A DNA stretch of 64,000 nt, from NCBI GenBank assembly GCA_028534125.1, contig CM052817.1, forward strand, positions 81,284,001 to 81,348,000, written 5' to 3'. The stretch comes from Lama glama. Taxonomy: Eukaryota. The notes under the pieces are model-generated. The model saw only the letters and a program-made list of their open reading frames with translations, was not told where the DNA came from and searched no databases. Each line of letters starts with the position of its first letter. The stretch's first letter is position 1. A program made the position numbers and the translations under genes. Below, in pieces: positions 50,901 to 64,000 of the stretch.

Positions 50901-53119
50901 TCTGGGTTTTCAACATAACTACCTCAGGGTTTTGAAATTAGCAATTGCTCAATGAATTAAAATTAAATTCTTCTGGGGTTGTTATTGATAGTGCAGACGT
51001 GTTTGACTCATTTATATAAACAATAGAGCAAAGTTATTTAGAACAAGGTTATTTTATTTGCACATTTAAGTGACCTACCTAAGCTGTGTAACTCAGTTGT
51101 ATTAGAAATAGAAAAGAAATAACTGTGCTGTTTAACATCACAGTAGCTCACAGCGTACACCACGCTTAAAATTCTGTCACTTGCCCATCTCCCTTCAGTT
51201 AATATCACCAGGGGTACACCACAGTGTAGTAGGAATTATGAAAAAAGTAACAAGTGTATTGCCTAGTGTGTTTCTAGCACAGATAGACATGTATTAAATA
51301 ATTTAATAAAACATTTGGTCAGATAAATCACTGTATTATAATGATAATAAGTATCACAGGCACCCCCAAATCACAACTTCTCATGAGGAACCAGTATATT
51401 TTGGAGTGTGGGTAAGTATCCATCTGCACAGATACTACTTAAATGGGACCCAAGGCAGTTTTTGAGAGCATATATTCACTTTCTCATCTATGTTATGTCT
51501 CCTTTTGACTCCCTCTCTTTTCTATACCTTTTTATTAATTTTGCGCCCCCTTATTCCTTTTCGCTCTCTAACCCTTGGCTTGAGCACGTAGATGGCTCCA
51601 GTGCCCCTGCAAGTGCTCAGGGTCAGAGGTTGTGGACACTCAGTTTAAGTGTCCATTGTCTGGACCACATTTCCTTGTTCTCATTGGCACCTACCTGAGA
51701 ATTATCAGTAACTTGTCTCAGTTATTAAAACTTAAATTTAATAAATCAAAAAGTTGAGTAATTGGGTTATTCCAGATTAATTCAGTGTTCTCAATAATTC
51801 ATTAGTTAGTTCTTATTAGTTAACTCAGAGAATTCTTGACATACTCTTATTTTTAATAATAAAGATTAGTTTATTTTTTTCCCTTAGGAAGTAGATTATA
51901 TTAAGTGACAGACTTTTAAAAAAAGAAGTTTACATATTTAAAGCATATGTAAAGTTATTATATAATAAAGAGAATAGTGGGTTGGAAAGTTGCTTTCTCA
52001 GTAGATACAGACAGCAAAGTATATGCTCTGGAAGTTTTTAGTGGAAGCTTTTAAAGTAAAACTTTGATATAAGCTTATTTTTTGTGTGCTACCTCATTTT
52101 TTCAGTTTCTAGAGAAAAAAAAATAATTAAGGGTTCCCGTTAGATGGGTTAATGTTAATCACTGCACTGGAGCTAAATTCTTGAAATGACACACATAAAG
52201 TTGGTTAACTTGTTTCTTTTGAGGCCACATGTTGCATTAAAGTCAGTAGTTAAATAACCCATCCATGAAAAAATGACAGTTTTCTTTTGCCAACATCTTT
52301 TTAATTGTAAGTTCCAATTTCTTCAACATTTTGTTGTTTGCTGATATGGGGCCAACTTACATAGCACCTTGGTTTGCTGTTCCAGGTAATGTGCTGGTTT
52401 TCCCTCTTACCCATAAAGAAATTCAAGTAAATATACCCCCCCAACCTATAGCTTATAATTAGTAGTTAAGTCTACAAAACTTTCCATTAGTTATTTTTCT
52501 GTATTTTTAAAAATTTAATATAAAAAGTTGGGTTAGCAATCCAGTTCTTAAAAGTCTAATTTATCAGAGGACACATTTAATGTGAATTCCTATCCTCCTA
52601 TCAATGGTTATTCCTTTCCCTGCATGCCATATAAATAATTTCAGCTTTAGGAACAGAAATTCTAGTCCTAGTATTATTTTACAGAATTACAACTTAAATT
52701 TTCCAGTTTTTCTTTTCCTTTGTTTCTCTTTGTTAAATGTAGACACATCCCTATTTGTTTAAACAAACAATGGTTAAGAAAACAGTCTTGAGTTTCTCTT
52801 TATTTGATTCTGTTGTGTATTTCTTTGGTACAGAATATTCTTTACTAAGGAAGAATAATTTTCCCTTCTCTGCAAGTGAAATGGATCACTCATCAAACAA
52901 TGACACAAAAATACACAGTAATTTAGTTAGTATCTGTGACAAAGTGACATAAGCCCACCGTGGCTGAGGCCAATGAGACAGCAGAACAGCTCCCTGAAAA
53001 AGATCTGTCATCTCATCTACTACCACTCAGGTTGATTCCTCACTTGTACCTTCCAAAAAGGAGAAGTCCCAAAGAGGGACTGGTATTTGGACAGAATAAC
53101 AAGTCACCTGGCATAGTGG

Positions 53120-53287
53120 CTATAAATATATATTCACAGACCTCACCTCCAGAGTTTCTGGTTAGAAAGCCTGGGGTAGGGTGCAGTTAACACTGCTTTA
53201 ATAAATTTATTACTTCCCACTACATCTAACACATGTAATTCTGAAGCAGATGGTACATGGACTGGACCCTGAAAAAAAATACACTGG
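53120..53287. mobile_element. MER5/MER117-like hAT MITE
   Basis: acctcacctccagagtttctggttag..cctggggtagggtgcag..gtaattctgaagcagatggt..ccctgaaaaaaaatacactg. Confidence 0.55.
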
Positions 53288-53438
53288 ACGCTAATGCTTC
53301 TGTGTTGAAATATTTTTCTGCTGTTCTGGTCAAAATGGTTAACTAGCAGCAATTTCATATGATTCACACTAATGGTTTTCCTGTCCGATTTACTTATTAA
53401 AGCATAAAGTTGAGTTGCCCATGGGTTGGGGAATTCAG

Positions 53439-54534
53439 TGTTGCAGTGGAATAATATTTTGAAGGACGGACCAATGTGTATCCCCTATATCTTATGCTGC
53501 CCTGTGACCCTTGGCATTAGGGCAGCTAAACCATGCAGCATCTATTGACCTCTGGAAGAAATGCTCTCACAGAATCAAAGAACAGCCTGTTGAGGATCAA
53601 AAGTGAACATTTTTATGGGCAAAATCTAGCTTTCAAAGAAACTCAAAGCACAAAGATACTAGAAGATTCAAGTGAAAATGTACTGCTTCTTCCCCCTTCT
53701 CTCTCCTCTTCCTCCACCCAAATAACTCCAAAAGTTGGAGGTGGAAAGAGTGAGAAGGAAATCCAGGAGTGAGTAGACGTAGTAGGATCTGAGGTGGAGA
53801 TGTCCATGCTCTGCTGATCAAAGTCTTGAGTAACTTCTGTCTTGAGGGACAGAAGGACTCCAGACATTTTGTAGAAAGCAAGAGTAGAGGGAATCTTTGC
53901 CTCATTTTTCCTGATTGAAATGGAGAAAGAGGAAAGTTCTCAGAGTAGGACTGGGTTCAGGTATCACCGAGAAGCCTCATCTAATTTCCTTTAGGTGTAG
54001 ATGCCTTCCTTTTCCCTAGTCATCAAGGAGGGGTAAAGAGCTATCTGAAGCCTCTTCTGTGGTCTAGGCATTGACAAGAATAGTAGAGGGATTGTGTGCA
54101 CCCAAGAGGGGCCTGAGCATTAACTGAGTCTTCACATGACCCAGGGAGCCTCTGGCCACGATTAAAGGATGTCACAGCAGCAGTCTACATGGGCAGACGC
54201 ACAAGGCCCAGACTAAACAAGGCTGCTGCGGGAGATGCCAGGGCGGGGAGAGGGCAGCTACCTGGAAGAGAGGTCACCCTTAACTGGGTGACACTATGTA
54301 AGCTCCTTGAAATACTGTAGGCACAAGCCCAGGGAAAGGGGAGTAGGTAATTTGGGGGATGCGTGGAGGGATGGCTCCCTAGTGTAATTAGAGTTCATGT
54401 TAAATATATCTGTTGGAGAAAATGGTCTAAAATCTATGTCTTAAACATCTGAATTTTGTGGATAAAATGACAACTAATTATGAGAATCCAAACTATACGC
54501 AGTTGCAGTACTTTTCAAACCAAAATGATTACAG
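53439..54534 (+). mobile_element. Ancient ~1.1-kb LTR (Gypsy-like/LTR78-81-type; family uncertain)
   Basis: TG...CA ends (tgttgcag..gattaca), aataatattttga near the start as in the 28240 element, purine-rich GC-elevated body. Confidence 0.45.
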
Positions 54535-56194
54535 CATTTAACTGTCCCTTTTAACCCTGGATTGGCAATAGTTTGAGTCCATGGCCATGCTAAGCCTCTC
54601 TATGAGAAGAGCAGTGGTACTTGCTAGGTCAGCCTTACTGTCCATCTTCCAGCCTGGGGCTGTACCTCTGTGTTCCAGCCACATCAGGAGCGAGCAGAAA
54701 AGCTTCTCTTTTTGGCTTTTGATGAACACTTTAGTGACTGCCATTAAGTGCTGTCACTCAAGAATCCAGTCTTTTACCCCTTATTTCCTACCATTTTTTT
54801 TCAGTGTGTGTATATATATGTTTTCACTTGTGTTTTTAAATTTCATATTTCTTCATTCTGCTTTGCTTGATATAAGCCCACTTTTATTGAAGATGTATAA
54901 ACACAACTATGAGAGGTTCTGATTTTTAGAAACTAATATACAAAAATTCAGTTTACGCAAGTGTTATAAAGGAGTTCTTTTTGCCTGTAATTTTTGAACA
55001 GCCGGCCTCTTTGTAATACACTGTGAAAGAAACAAGTCTTGTCGTTCCCCTGAAAGTGCTGCTGTGCACAGCTGATCGCTGCCTCTGCTAAGGAAAGGGA
55101 ATTCTTACTACTTCCAAAAGAACTTTCTTTTCTCCTGAAGAGGTACACAAAAGGGTTTTACTTGTGTTATTGTTGTTGTTGATGTTGTTGTCTTAGTGTT
55201 TTTAGAGGAGTGTAAAGAGCAGGTGTTGGCTCTACTGAATGCTGGAAGGAACTGCAATTCAAAAATGTCAAAGGACTTCTCTCATCGGTTGTCACGGAAT
55301 GAAAATCAGAGACAAGAAGTTACCTCCTGGAAAATTTGCTTGCTCTGTGTCACACCCAGTATTAAATTCTGCCCCTTTATAAGAATCAGTCATTGACCAC
55401 CTCAATTTTATTGCATTGACAGCATGAAGTTAAATATTCTAGTAGGATGTCTTAACTTCTCAATCTACAAAATGACAGCAATCCTGTTGGAGCACAGCAG
55501 TTCTACATGAAAAGCTTGACTATAACCTCACTTTTTCAAAACCCACTGTCTTTTGCAATCTAGACTTATGGTAAGAGCTATATTGTTTGGTTGTGATAGA
55601 AACATATAAAAATTAAAGAAAATATTCAAACTTTCAAGAGGATAATCATCTTCCTCCCAAAACTATTTTTACATGTCTTCATAGGTATATAATTGTCCTT
55701 GCATGTACATAAATATTTTTATCAGGTGTTGCCTAGTGGCAAATAAATAAAAAAAAAAGTCTAAATTAGAGAACAGAAACAACTGAATAAGCCTAGGGGG
55801 AAAGTGAAATTGCATTTTCAACATAATTAGCTCCTTAATTGTCAGGCCCAGCTCAGTCGATGTATCTAGAAACATAATTAATTGTGATTTATTTAAACAC
55901 TGTTTAAAATGCATTATTCTGCATTTTCTAAAAGCTGAATTACAGAAGGAAAAATTCAATCTTAAAATCGATAGTGTTTATAGACATCTTATTGTATTTT
56001 TTAAAGTTCATGCTGTAATTAGAAAGTTAGCAGCAATTGCCCAAATGTAATTTTAAAAAGAAAACATCATATGATATAAAGTAGTATAAGTTATAAGGAA
56101 AAATAAGCTTGTTTATATCAAATCATCTCATAATAGAAACATTCCTATTTAGCTAAATAATCCAAACATTTTCTATCAACACATTCCAATTATA

Positions 56195-57053
56195 GTTTAC
56201 ATATTTATTGCGGTAAAAAACACACAACATAAAATTTACCATCTTAACCATTTTAAGTGTACAGTTCAGTAGTGTGAAGTATGTTTACTTTGTTGTGCAA
56301 CCAATCTCCAGCACTTTCTCATCTTGCAAAATCAAAGCTCTGTACCTATTAAACAACTAGTCCCCATTTCCGCTCCAACACCCAAGCCCCTGACAATCAT
56401 CATTCTACTTTCTGTGCATATAAATTTGGCTGCTCTAGTTACCTCATCTAAGTAAAATCATACAGTATTCAGGTTTTTTTGTTGTGTTTGTGTGACTGGC
56501 TTATTTTACTTAGTGTAATGTCCTGAAGATTTATTCATGTTGTTACAAATGAAGAATTCCTTTCCTAAGACTACATAATATTCCACTGTGTGTTTATACC
56601 ACATTTTGTTTACCCATTCATCCACTGATGGACACTTGGGCTGTTTCTACCTCTTGGCTGTTGTGAATAGTGATGTAATGAACATAGGAGTGCAATGTCT
56701 CTTCTAATCCTGCTTTCAGTTCTTTTGGATATACACCCAGAAGGGATTGCTGGATTATATGGTTATTTTACTTTAAATTACTTGAGGAATGACCATACTG
56801 TTTTCCATGGTAACCGCACCATTTTATATTCCCACCAACAATGCACAAAGTTTCCAATTTCTCTGCATGTTTGACAGTACTTGTTCTTTTCTCGTTTTTC
56901 TTTATAGTAGCCATCTTACTGGGTGTGAGATGACACCTCTTCATGGTCTTGATTTATGTTTTTCTGATGATTAGTGATGTTGAGCATCTTTTCACACACT
57001 TCTTGGCCATCATGTATCATCTCTGGAGAAATATTCATTTAAAACCTTGGCCT
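56195..57053 (-). mobile_element. L1MA/L1MB-like 3' end
   Basis: tttattgcggtaaaaaacacacaacataaaatttaccatcttaaccattttaagtgtacagttcagtagtg..cattcatccactgatggacacttggg..gatgattagtgatgttgagcatcttttca. Confidence 0.95.
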
Positions 57054-57544
57054 AAAGACAGCTTTTTTTTTTTTTTTTAACCAGGCACATGTATTCATTA
57101 CATTTTCTGAACAAAAGACAGAAGAATTTTTTTTTTTAAATCAGAGCTAATTAGATTTAATGTGCCTGACTACTAATGTTTAATGGCTCCTATAAAGAAA
57201 AAAGAGAAAAGAACGAGTACTGTCAAAGATGCAGAGAAATCGCAGAAAATAAAACCCAACCTAGGTCTGACTTGATGAGGACGTTCTGGTGCCCTCAGGT
57301 GGATAAGCAGCAGGTAGTAACACCACAGTCTGGAGTACTTTTAAGATCCAGAGGGTCCCACTAGCCCTGAGATCATGGTCCTTTGAAGGCCACTGGCAGT
57401 TTCAGGGAAGTCCTGAATCACCACAGTTTCAAGGCCTGAATCACTCACTGCCTATAAGTTAATTTCTAAAGAGCAGTCTTTGTTGCTCTTCTTCTGATGA
57501 ATTCCTAGGTCACCTGAACAGGATACTGTCTGATTTTTCCCTAA

Positions 57545-58112
57545 CTGTCGGAACGGTTAGTCCCATCCCTCTCCCCACATTCTAACCTCTGCATTTGCTT
57601 GCTTGGTCCTGCACCCCCCTTACCAAGGTGAGCACAGTTGAGCATTGCTCTTCTCATTCTACAGTGTGCTCTCCACCTTCCAGTTTGGTTTACTGCACAG
57701 CACTACTGTCTTTTTCTGGGAATTTCAGCCCTTTTATTTGCGAAGCTGTTCATTTCTCTATGTTGCCACATTGCCTTGAATTTCTACAACTGCTGGCAAT
57801 GATCATTCCCTATCTTCCTTGCCAGAATTGACTTATCCAAGGGTGGGCCATTCTGAATTCTTCCCTAGAAAGAGAGGAAGTCCTTCCCTAGTTTTATGAG
57901 ATTTGAAGACTCCAACCAAGAAACTGATCTACAAACAGAAGAGGGACAGTCCAGAGAGTGTCAAGTTCCTGGGTTCAGTCACCCCTTAAGCTAAACTGTC
58001 CCCCTTCATTCTATGGTTAGGCAATTCAACCTTTCCATAAAGATCCCTCTTTCCTGGAAATAATTTGACTGGATTTCTTTTGCTTGCAAACCAACAAGAC
58101 TCAAGATGAATG
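57545..58112 (+). mobile_element. Old ERVL/MaLR-type LTR (LTR16/MLT1-like)
   Basis: gacttatccaagggtgggcca..agttcctgggttcagtcacccct..ggatttcttttgcttgcaaaccaacaagac. Confidence 0.45.
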
Positions 58113-61100
58113 TATTCATCATCAGTGGCCATTAAATTACCTTCCTTTTATGGGCTCCTAACTCTGGCCTGGTTAGAACTTAGCTTCTTTTTGTCTGGTT
58201 AGCATGACTTTTCTGCAAGGCTTTACTGAAACCATCTGAGGCAATGTATCACTGCTGTCCTGTGAAAATGACTCCTAGGAAGTAGGTTTTCAAATATATC
58301 TTAAGACTCATGTTTTCCTTTAAGAATATATTTCTAAAACTGGCCCTTACCTCTGGCTTAGAAGGCCTGGCAACCATCTGTGCTCACATTTTCTAATGAA
58401 GGGTCTGTGTCCGTCATCCTTGTCCTCTCAGCCAAGAACAAGTTCATTTTAGGTCTGGAATGAGAGGTCCTGTCTCTCATCTTCTTCCAGGTCCCTCAGA
58501 GTTGATTTGAATTTGGACACTGATCGAAGAAGACTTATATTCAGATCAGCTCAGGGAATTAAGGGTAAAGATAAAAGAACAGTCTTAACATGATGGTTCC
58601 AGTGCTGTGGGGTCAGGGTGGGTTCGGGGCATTGGAGCCATTTTGGTTCCATTATAACTTTTACAATGAATGCACATCTGTGAGTGGTGGGGCAGAGGAC
58701 CACACAGTTCTGCAAACCTGTCATATCTTTGGAAAAGTAGCTTCAGATGTGAAGTTTGTAATGAGTCTACAACCCAGGGGCTTTTATCAACTCCTTTCAC
58801 AGAGCTCTAACCTCACTGCCTAGCCCATGCCCTGAGTCTGATGTAAGGAGATAGTTTTGATATTTCGTGAGAAATACAACTCTGTACATGTTGAGAAAAT
58901 CCTTTGTGTTCTTTGCTCCCATTAAGGATAATCCAAAAGAGACCCAAAAAACCCAGGGCAACACCTCTAGTCATGAACTAATCATTATTTTACACCTCAG
59001 TATGTTCATGCCTGTTTCAGGCAAATTTCCATGAGTTCTAATGTTTTGATTGCTCACTAACCACTGACAAAATTCAAGGGGCCTAAGCAGCCATTGCAGG
59101 CCTCCCCAAAGGTGAATTCCCCAAACCTACTTATTTGCCAGCAGCTGCAGTCTTCTGATCTCCAAAGGTACATATGCTTGGAGCCCAGCCTTAATTTAGA
59201 TCAATTAAAGCACCTCGGGCAAAATGTATGTCTGTTCCTTTAATGTACGTTTCCCTCCGAGTTGCCAGCAATGGATTTACTATAAAGAAAACCCTAACAA
59301 TATGAAAAAGCTTATTTGGGGGATTAAAAACTATGCTATTAAAAACAATTCCAGAAATTCAATTTCCTTCTCATCCTTGATTAAATGAATTGGAAATGTC
59401 ACTGGAACCTTCTTTTGGGGAAATGTGCTCTTGAATGCTGTGTCAGTTGCTTATTGAAATAGACTGTTTCATAGTAAAGGAGATACAAGCATGTTTTAGA
59501 AAAAAAAAAAGTGTGTGTTTAAAGCTCCTGGCTGTTCCTATTTTGACTGAGCTTCTTCAAGGAATGTGTGCCTTTTCTAGTCTTATCAAAAAATTAAGGA
59601 AAGCTTTGAAACTATTTGCTGGTGCATAATGCAGTGTGGAGGGTGGGTGTGGACCTCAAGTTTCAGCTGGAAGAGACAGAAGTGACAGGTCAACTGTAGG
59701 CGTCCGAAAGATCAGGCAGTCTCCCCCAGATCAATACCAACTAAGCTACAGGACAGAAAACCCAAAGCAATATTGCCACAGTCCAGGGTTGTAGGAAGTC
59801 TGCCCTTAACAAAATGCAAACAGGTTATCGATTACTGTCACAAAAGTAAATTCTCTTTCAATATTTGAATGTGGCTTTAAAATTTTCTCTCTTCATTTTG
59901 CCTGCTTGTTTTCTTCTTTGCAAATGTTCGAGATTTCGTGTCACCTGATTATCGGAAATATACTGAAATTTAAGACTATTCAAATTTAATTCTGAACATT
60001 TTAATTTTATTAACATTTAAACAATATTTAAATTGAGTCTCTAGTATTATCAATCAATAGTATTTAAAATTTAGATATACTGTATCTTGCTTTATGCTTT
60101 GTAAAGAATTTTCATCTAATCGTATGAAGAGCTGGAATAAGAGGAAATATTATTCCTAGTTCATAGATGATAGAGCAGTGGTTCAGGGAGTAATAGGGAA
60201 CAAAGGGCAGCAGAGCACAGATGACTTTTCAGGTCTCCTGGTAACTCAGTGCTCTTTCCAACACATAGTATGCTATTTTTAAAAAATTGAACTGCAAGGG
60301 AATGTTTTCTGTCGAGGCCTAGGAAATGTAGTTTTTGATGTTTTATGTTCCTTAAGTGTTCTGCCTACAATTAACATTGATGCTAAGGATAATTTTGCCA
60401 AGAATAAAGCATGCATGCAAGAGATTTTACAATTTAGCATTTGAATCCTTAGTGGATACAATTCAGGTTTCCCATGAACAGAAAACACAAAGCCATTAAT
60501 CCTCAAGTTTCACTAACAGGCAACTAACAGTACCTTATTTATCCTTGCTAATTGATGGATTGCTGTGAAAAGGTAGGAACATGTTTCTTTGGTGTTGTAG
60601 TTTTAATGAATGAAAACACTTTCCGTTGTGAATTGGTTTTTTAGTTGGTGTTCTGTTTGTTTGGCTTTGTCTTGTTTTGATAAGGGCAGTGAGTGTGTAT
60701 CAAGGACCTGTTCCAAAATCAGTTTATATATAGCAGCTTATCACACCTTCATCTTAGTTCTTTCCTATATTCAAAGACAACCAAATGCCTATGGGAACAG
60801 TTCCTCTCCCTGCCCACTCAAAGCCCTGTTGATGACAAGCCAGCGTCTCACTTTCTGAAACTTGTCCGGAATCCTCTGGAGCTTTTCCTGAGGAATGAAG
60901 GTCCCTGGGTACATACCTGAGAGAACAAGAAAACACTCACATGATCATCTGACCCTTCGTTCACGTCCACTTGTGTGTCTTCAAGATAACCTTTGCCCAT
61001 CTCATAATTAAGGGAGAATAATTAAAAGACAATAATAAGGAGATAATTTTCTTCCAAATCCTCTTTTCAGGCAAATCTTTTTCATCAAAATCGTACTTTT

Positions 61101-61429
61101 TTTTAAAAATTTCCTAAAGATTGTCACCCTTAAATTCTTCCTATTACAAAAATCATTTGTTAACACTACACATTTTTTTAATGTGAATTGTGCCCCTTTT
61201 TCATCTTCTCTATGTAAAGGTATAGAATAACTACTAAATATTTTCATTATAGATATTACGAATTTGGAGGTACTATTAAGGCACCTTTTACTTTTATTTT
61301 CCACATTTTACAACCTCGGTTTTCTTGACTCTTGTCTATAGACCCTAAATTGCCACCTATTTCTTCAGCTCTTCCTTCAACTTAATATTCAGTCATGACA
61401 AATACAAAATCATGGCTCTGTCTTTTTAC

Positions 61430-61585
61430 TTACTTTGCTGGCAACAAACAAATTACTAAACCTCTCTGAAACTACTTCCTTAGTTCATAAGATATGGGTA
61501 GTAAAACTTATTTCATAAAATTTTGTAAGGATTAAATGCGAAGTAATTGCATACCACGCACTTAGCAATAAACACTTAGTAAGCC
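61430..61585 (+). mobile_element. MIR
   Basis: caaattactaaacctctctgaaactacttccttagttcataagatatgggta..gtaaggattaaatg..cacttagcaa. Confidence 0.7.
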
Positions 61586-63884
61586 GTCTATTCCCCGTAG
61601 CTCCTAGGCTGAGGGGAGAGTGCCTGGAGGGTCTGTAATTTACAAGATATTTCTTTTCTTTTTTTTTTTAAAGAAGAAAGAAAACTACTAAGTTAGACTT
61701 TAACCAAAATTCATGGATTCCCAAGGAAAGGGTTTTCTCCCCACCTTCTTTGGTCACGTCCCAAAGGCTGCCTGCCCTCTAAGTATCCACTGTGATGGTG
61801 TTAGCAGGGACAGGCTCTGTTTCTGGCTTTGACTATTGGCCTTGTCCTAAGTAGGCTGTTTCTTTGCAAACACATCTTCTGATTGCTTTACACCCCTGTG
61901 TTCTGCCTGCTGTTCTCATTTCCCAAACTCCTGAGCTGATGATGTTAGTATTCTTCAAATGGAGGGCACCCTGAGGATGGAAACCTGCAGGGCAGCAGAA
62001 TGAATTTAATCCCATTGTTAGTTTCTGTTGTGAACTGCTCAGCAAGCAAAGAGCAACTCCTTACAAGATGTGTTGCTCCTGAGAGTGAAGGGGTAATGAA
62101 CTGTAAAACCAGATGGCTCCATCCCCTAAAGCCATTACAGGGTTAACTTCCCACAATCAAGGGAGCAGCAAGGGTGCCATCTCCTGCTGGTTATCTCCTC
62201 AAATTCCCAGGCTCACTAACTGCGTGTCTTAAAAGAACTCTCCTTTTCTTGGGAAAAATATTAAAATGTGTTGCAATGAACAAGAAAAGGAAAAAGTCTC
62301 AATTTCTTGTTGTAGAAAACTGATAGGTACTGTTTAATTTTCCCCCAACAATTCCAAAGTGTTGATACTTTAATCTGGGATAGATAGATGGAAGTTTTTG
62401 CCTGTGGCTTAAAAGAGATACAAATACAGGTGTGATGCTTCCAACAGCGTGCTCTGTAAGAGACTTCATGCCTCTTACACGACTTTTACTGTGACTTTTT
62501 TTCCCTCCTTTTTACTATGATTTTTCTGTTTATAATTTGATTTAAAGAATTCACCTTTAGTGCAGGCACAAGTTAAAAAGGCTAATAGGAACTGCATATG
62601 CCCGTTAAGGGAAGGCTCTGAAAAAAAAAATAAAGAACGCTTTTACTACAAATAAAAGAAAATTGAAAATAATAACCCTGGTCCTGTCTGCTTGGTACAT
62701 ATCCTATTTTTAAGTAATTTTTAGGGACAATAAATGGTCCATTTTATGTTATTATTATCAGTCAATGTGATTCTAAAGACATCTTTTTTCTCAGAACTTG
62801 GTGAAAGTGTCTTCTTCCAGTAAAGGCAAGAGGAAAAGAAAAGAGAAAGCTAGGTTGATTCATTTGGTCCATATTATAATTTTTGTTTTCCTTTGGCTTT
62901 TTAAAATTGTGATTCTGTGCTAAATCAAACACAATACCAATCTTGCAATACCATTTCCATTAGAGATTGTTAGATTGTTCTCAAAGATAATGATTTCACT
63001 TATGACATGAAATTTCAAAATACTTCTTCAGAAATTTAATTGGAGGAGCAAATGCTATCACTTTGAAGAAGGGTGTGCCTATATCTCATCTGTAAATTTC
63101 TACTTTCAGCTCTAAGTTTCATCGCTAGTTTCTACAAGTCTCAGCAATATCTTCCTGGTAATCCCCAAACAAATCACTGGTTCCCACGGAAGGACCCAAC
63201 CTGGGGTTTCGTTTTCCTAAGTAGAATAGTTCAGAATATTTATTAGTCTTTGAAGAGAAAGCTTATTGCTAATACTAGTTTGGCTTTTAATCTGCTTTTG
63301 TCTGTTTCTTATTTATCTCTACTTTCATTACTGACATGGCATTTCTGAGGTATAAAATTTTGTGCTATTCTAGTCACTAAATCAAAGCATATAGTATATA
63401 TCCTACAGCTAATCCTGAGTATTCAGGGGCGGAAAAGGTCTGTACACAAAAATCCATTTAGCTGTTTTGATGGAATTAACTTGTCCCCCCAAATCCATAA
63501 ACCAGTAATCAGTCAGCATTTTATGAAAGAATATGCTGTTCATTTAAACTAGTAACCTAGACTGAACACGCATAGGCGGCCTCCATAATCTTAGTCACAG
63601 TACCAGAAAAAGCAAAAATCTTCTATGACTAAAGAGTTAAATAGGAACTATTCACACTTAATCATTGGTATGATTACCTAATAACTATGTATATTAAGAT
63701 GATTAATATCTCTGGTGATCATCAGTCACTACAAAAGTTACTCAGGAATGAATAAGGGATAGTTATTTGATTCAAGCCAGTTAATTTAGAATATCATTTG
63801 CTAAACTTGGCAAGTGGGGAGGGGTAAGGGTGCAGGAATTAAAAGGAAAAGGAAAAGGAAACGAACATTTGTTTTATGACTCAA

Positions 63885-64000
63885 CAAATATTTTACATAT
63901 TAATGCCTTTAACCTTCTCAACCTCCTAGTGAAGGTATTACCTTCATTTTGGGAAAAGGAAACTGAAGGTAAGAGAGGTTGAGCAATTTGCCTAAGGTCA
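63885..64000 (-). mobile_element. MIR (runs off window end)
   Basis: tattaccttcattttgggaaaaggaaactgaaggtaagagaggttgagcaatttgcctaaggtca. Confidence 0.8.

Noticed and set aside
1..64000. A novel multi-gene system, CRISPR array, intact retroelement or endogenous viral gene
   Set aside because: No long intact ORF, no regularly spaced repeats and no gag/pol/env or transposase motifs beyond decayed L1/L2/CR1 were seen; the window is explained by ordinary mammalian non-coding DNA

Overview
This is AT-rich, CpG-poor mammalian nuclear DNA with no recognisable protein-coding gene, rRNA, tRNA, CRISPR array or CpG island. It reads as a large intron or intergenic region. There is one 500-N scaffold gap (422-921). 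Most of what can be identified is transposable-element debris: L1 fragments of several ages, L2, MIR, a CR1/L3 fragment, MaLR/ERVL/ERV1/Gypsy-like solo LTRs and hAT MITEs, plus microsatellites. The youngest L1 3' tails (26131-26318, 43879-44104) resemble camelid L1 3' ends as I recall them, so a camelid source is plausible but unverified. The only ORF-track entries with recognisable homology derive from degenerate L1. I found no evidence of a novel biological system. The best observations are mechanistic scars (a template-switch palindrome, an ORF2-less L1, a tail-only insertion, nested elements with target-site duplications), two weak candidate exons and several repeat-free blocks that may be conserved regulatory elements. 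Repeat family names come from recalled consensus motifs, not database searches, and boundaries are approximate unless a TSD is quoted.
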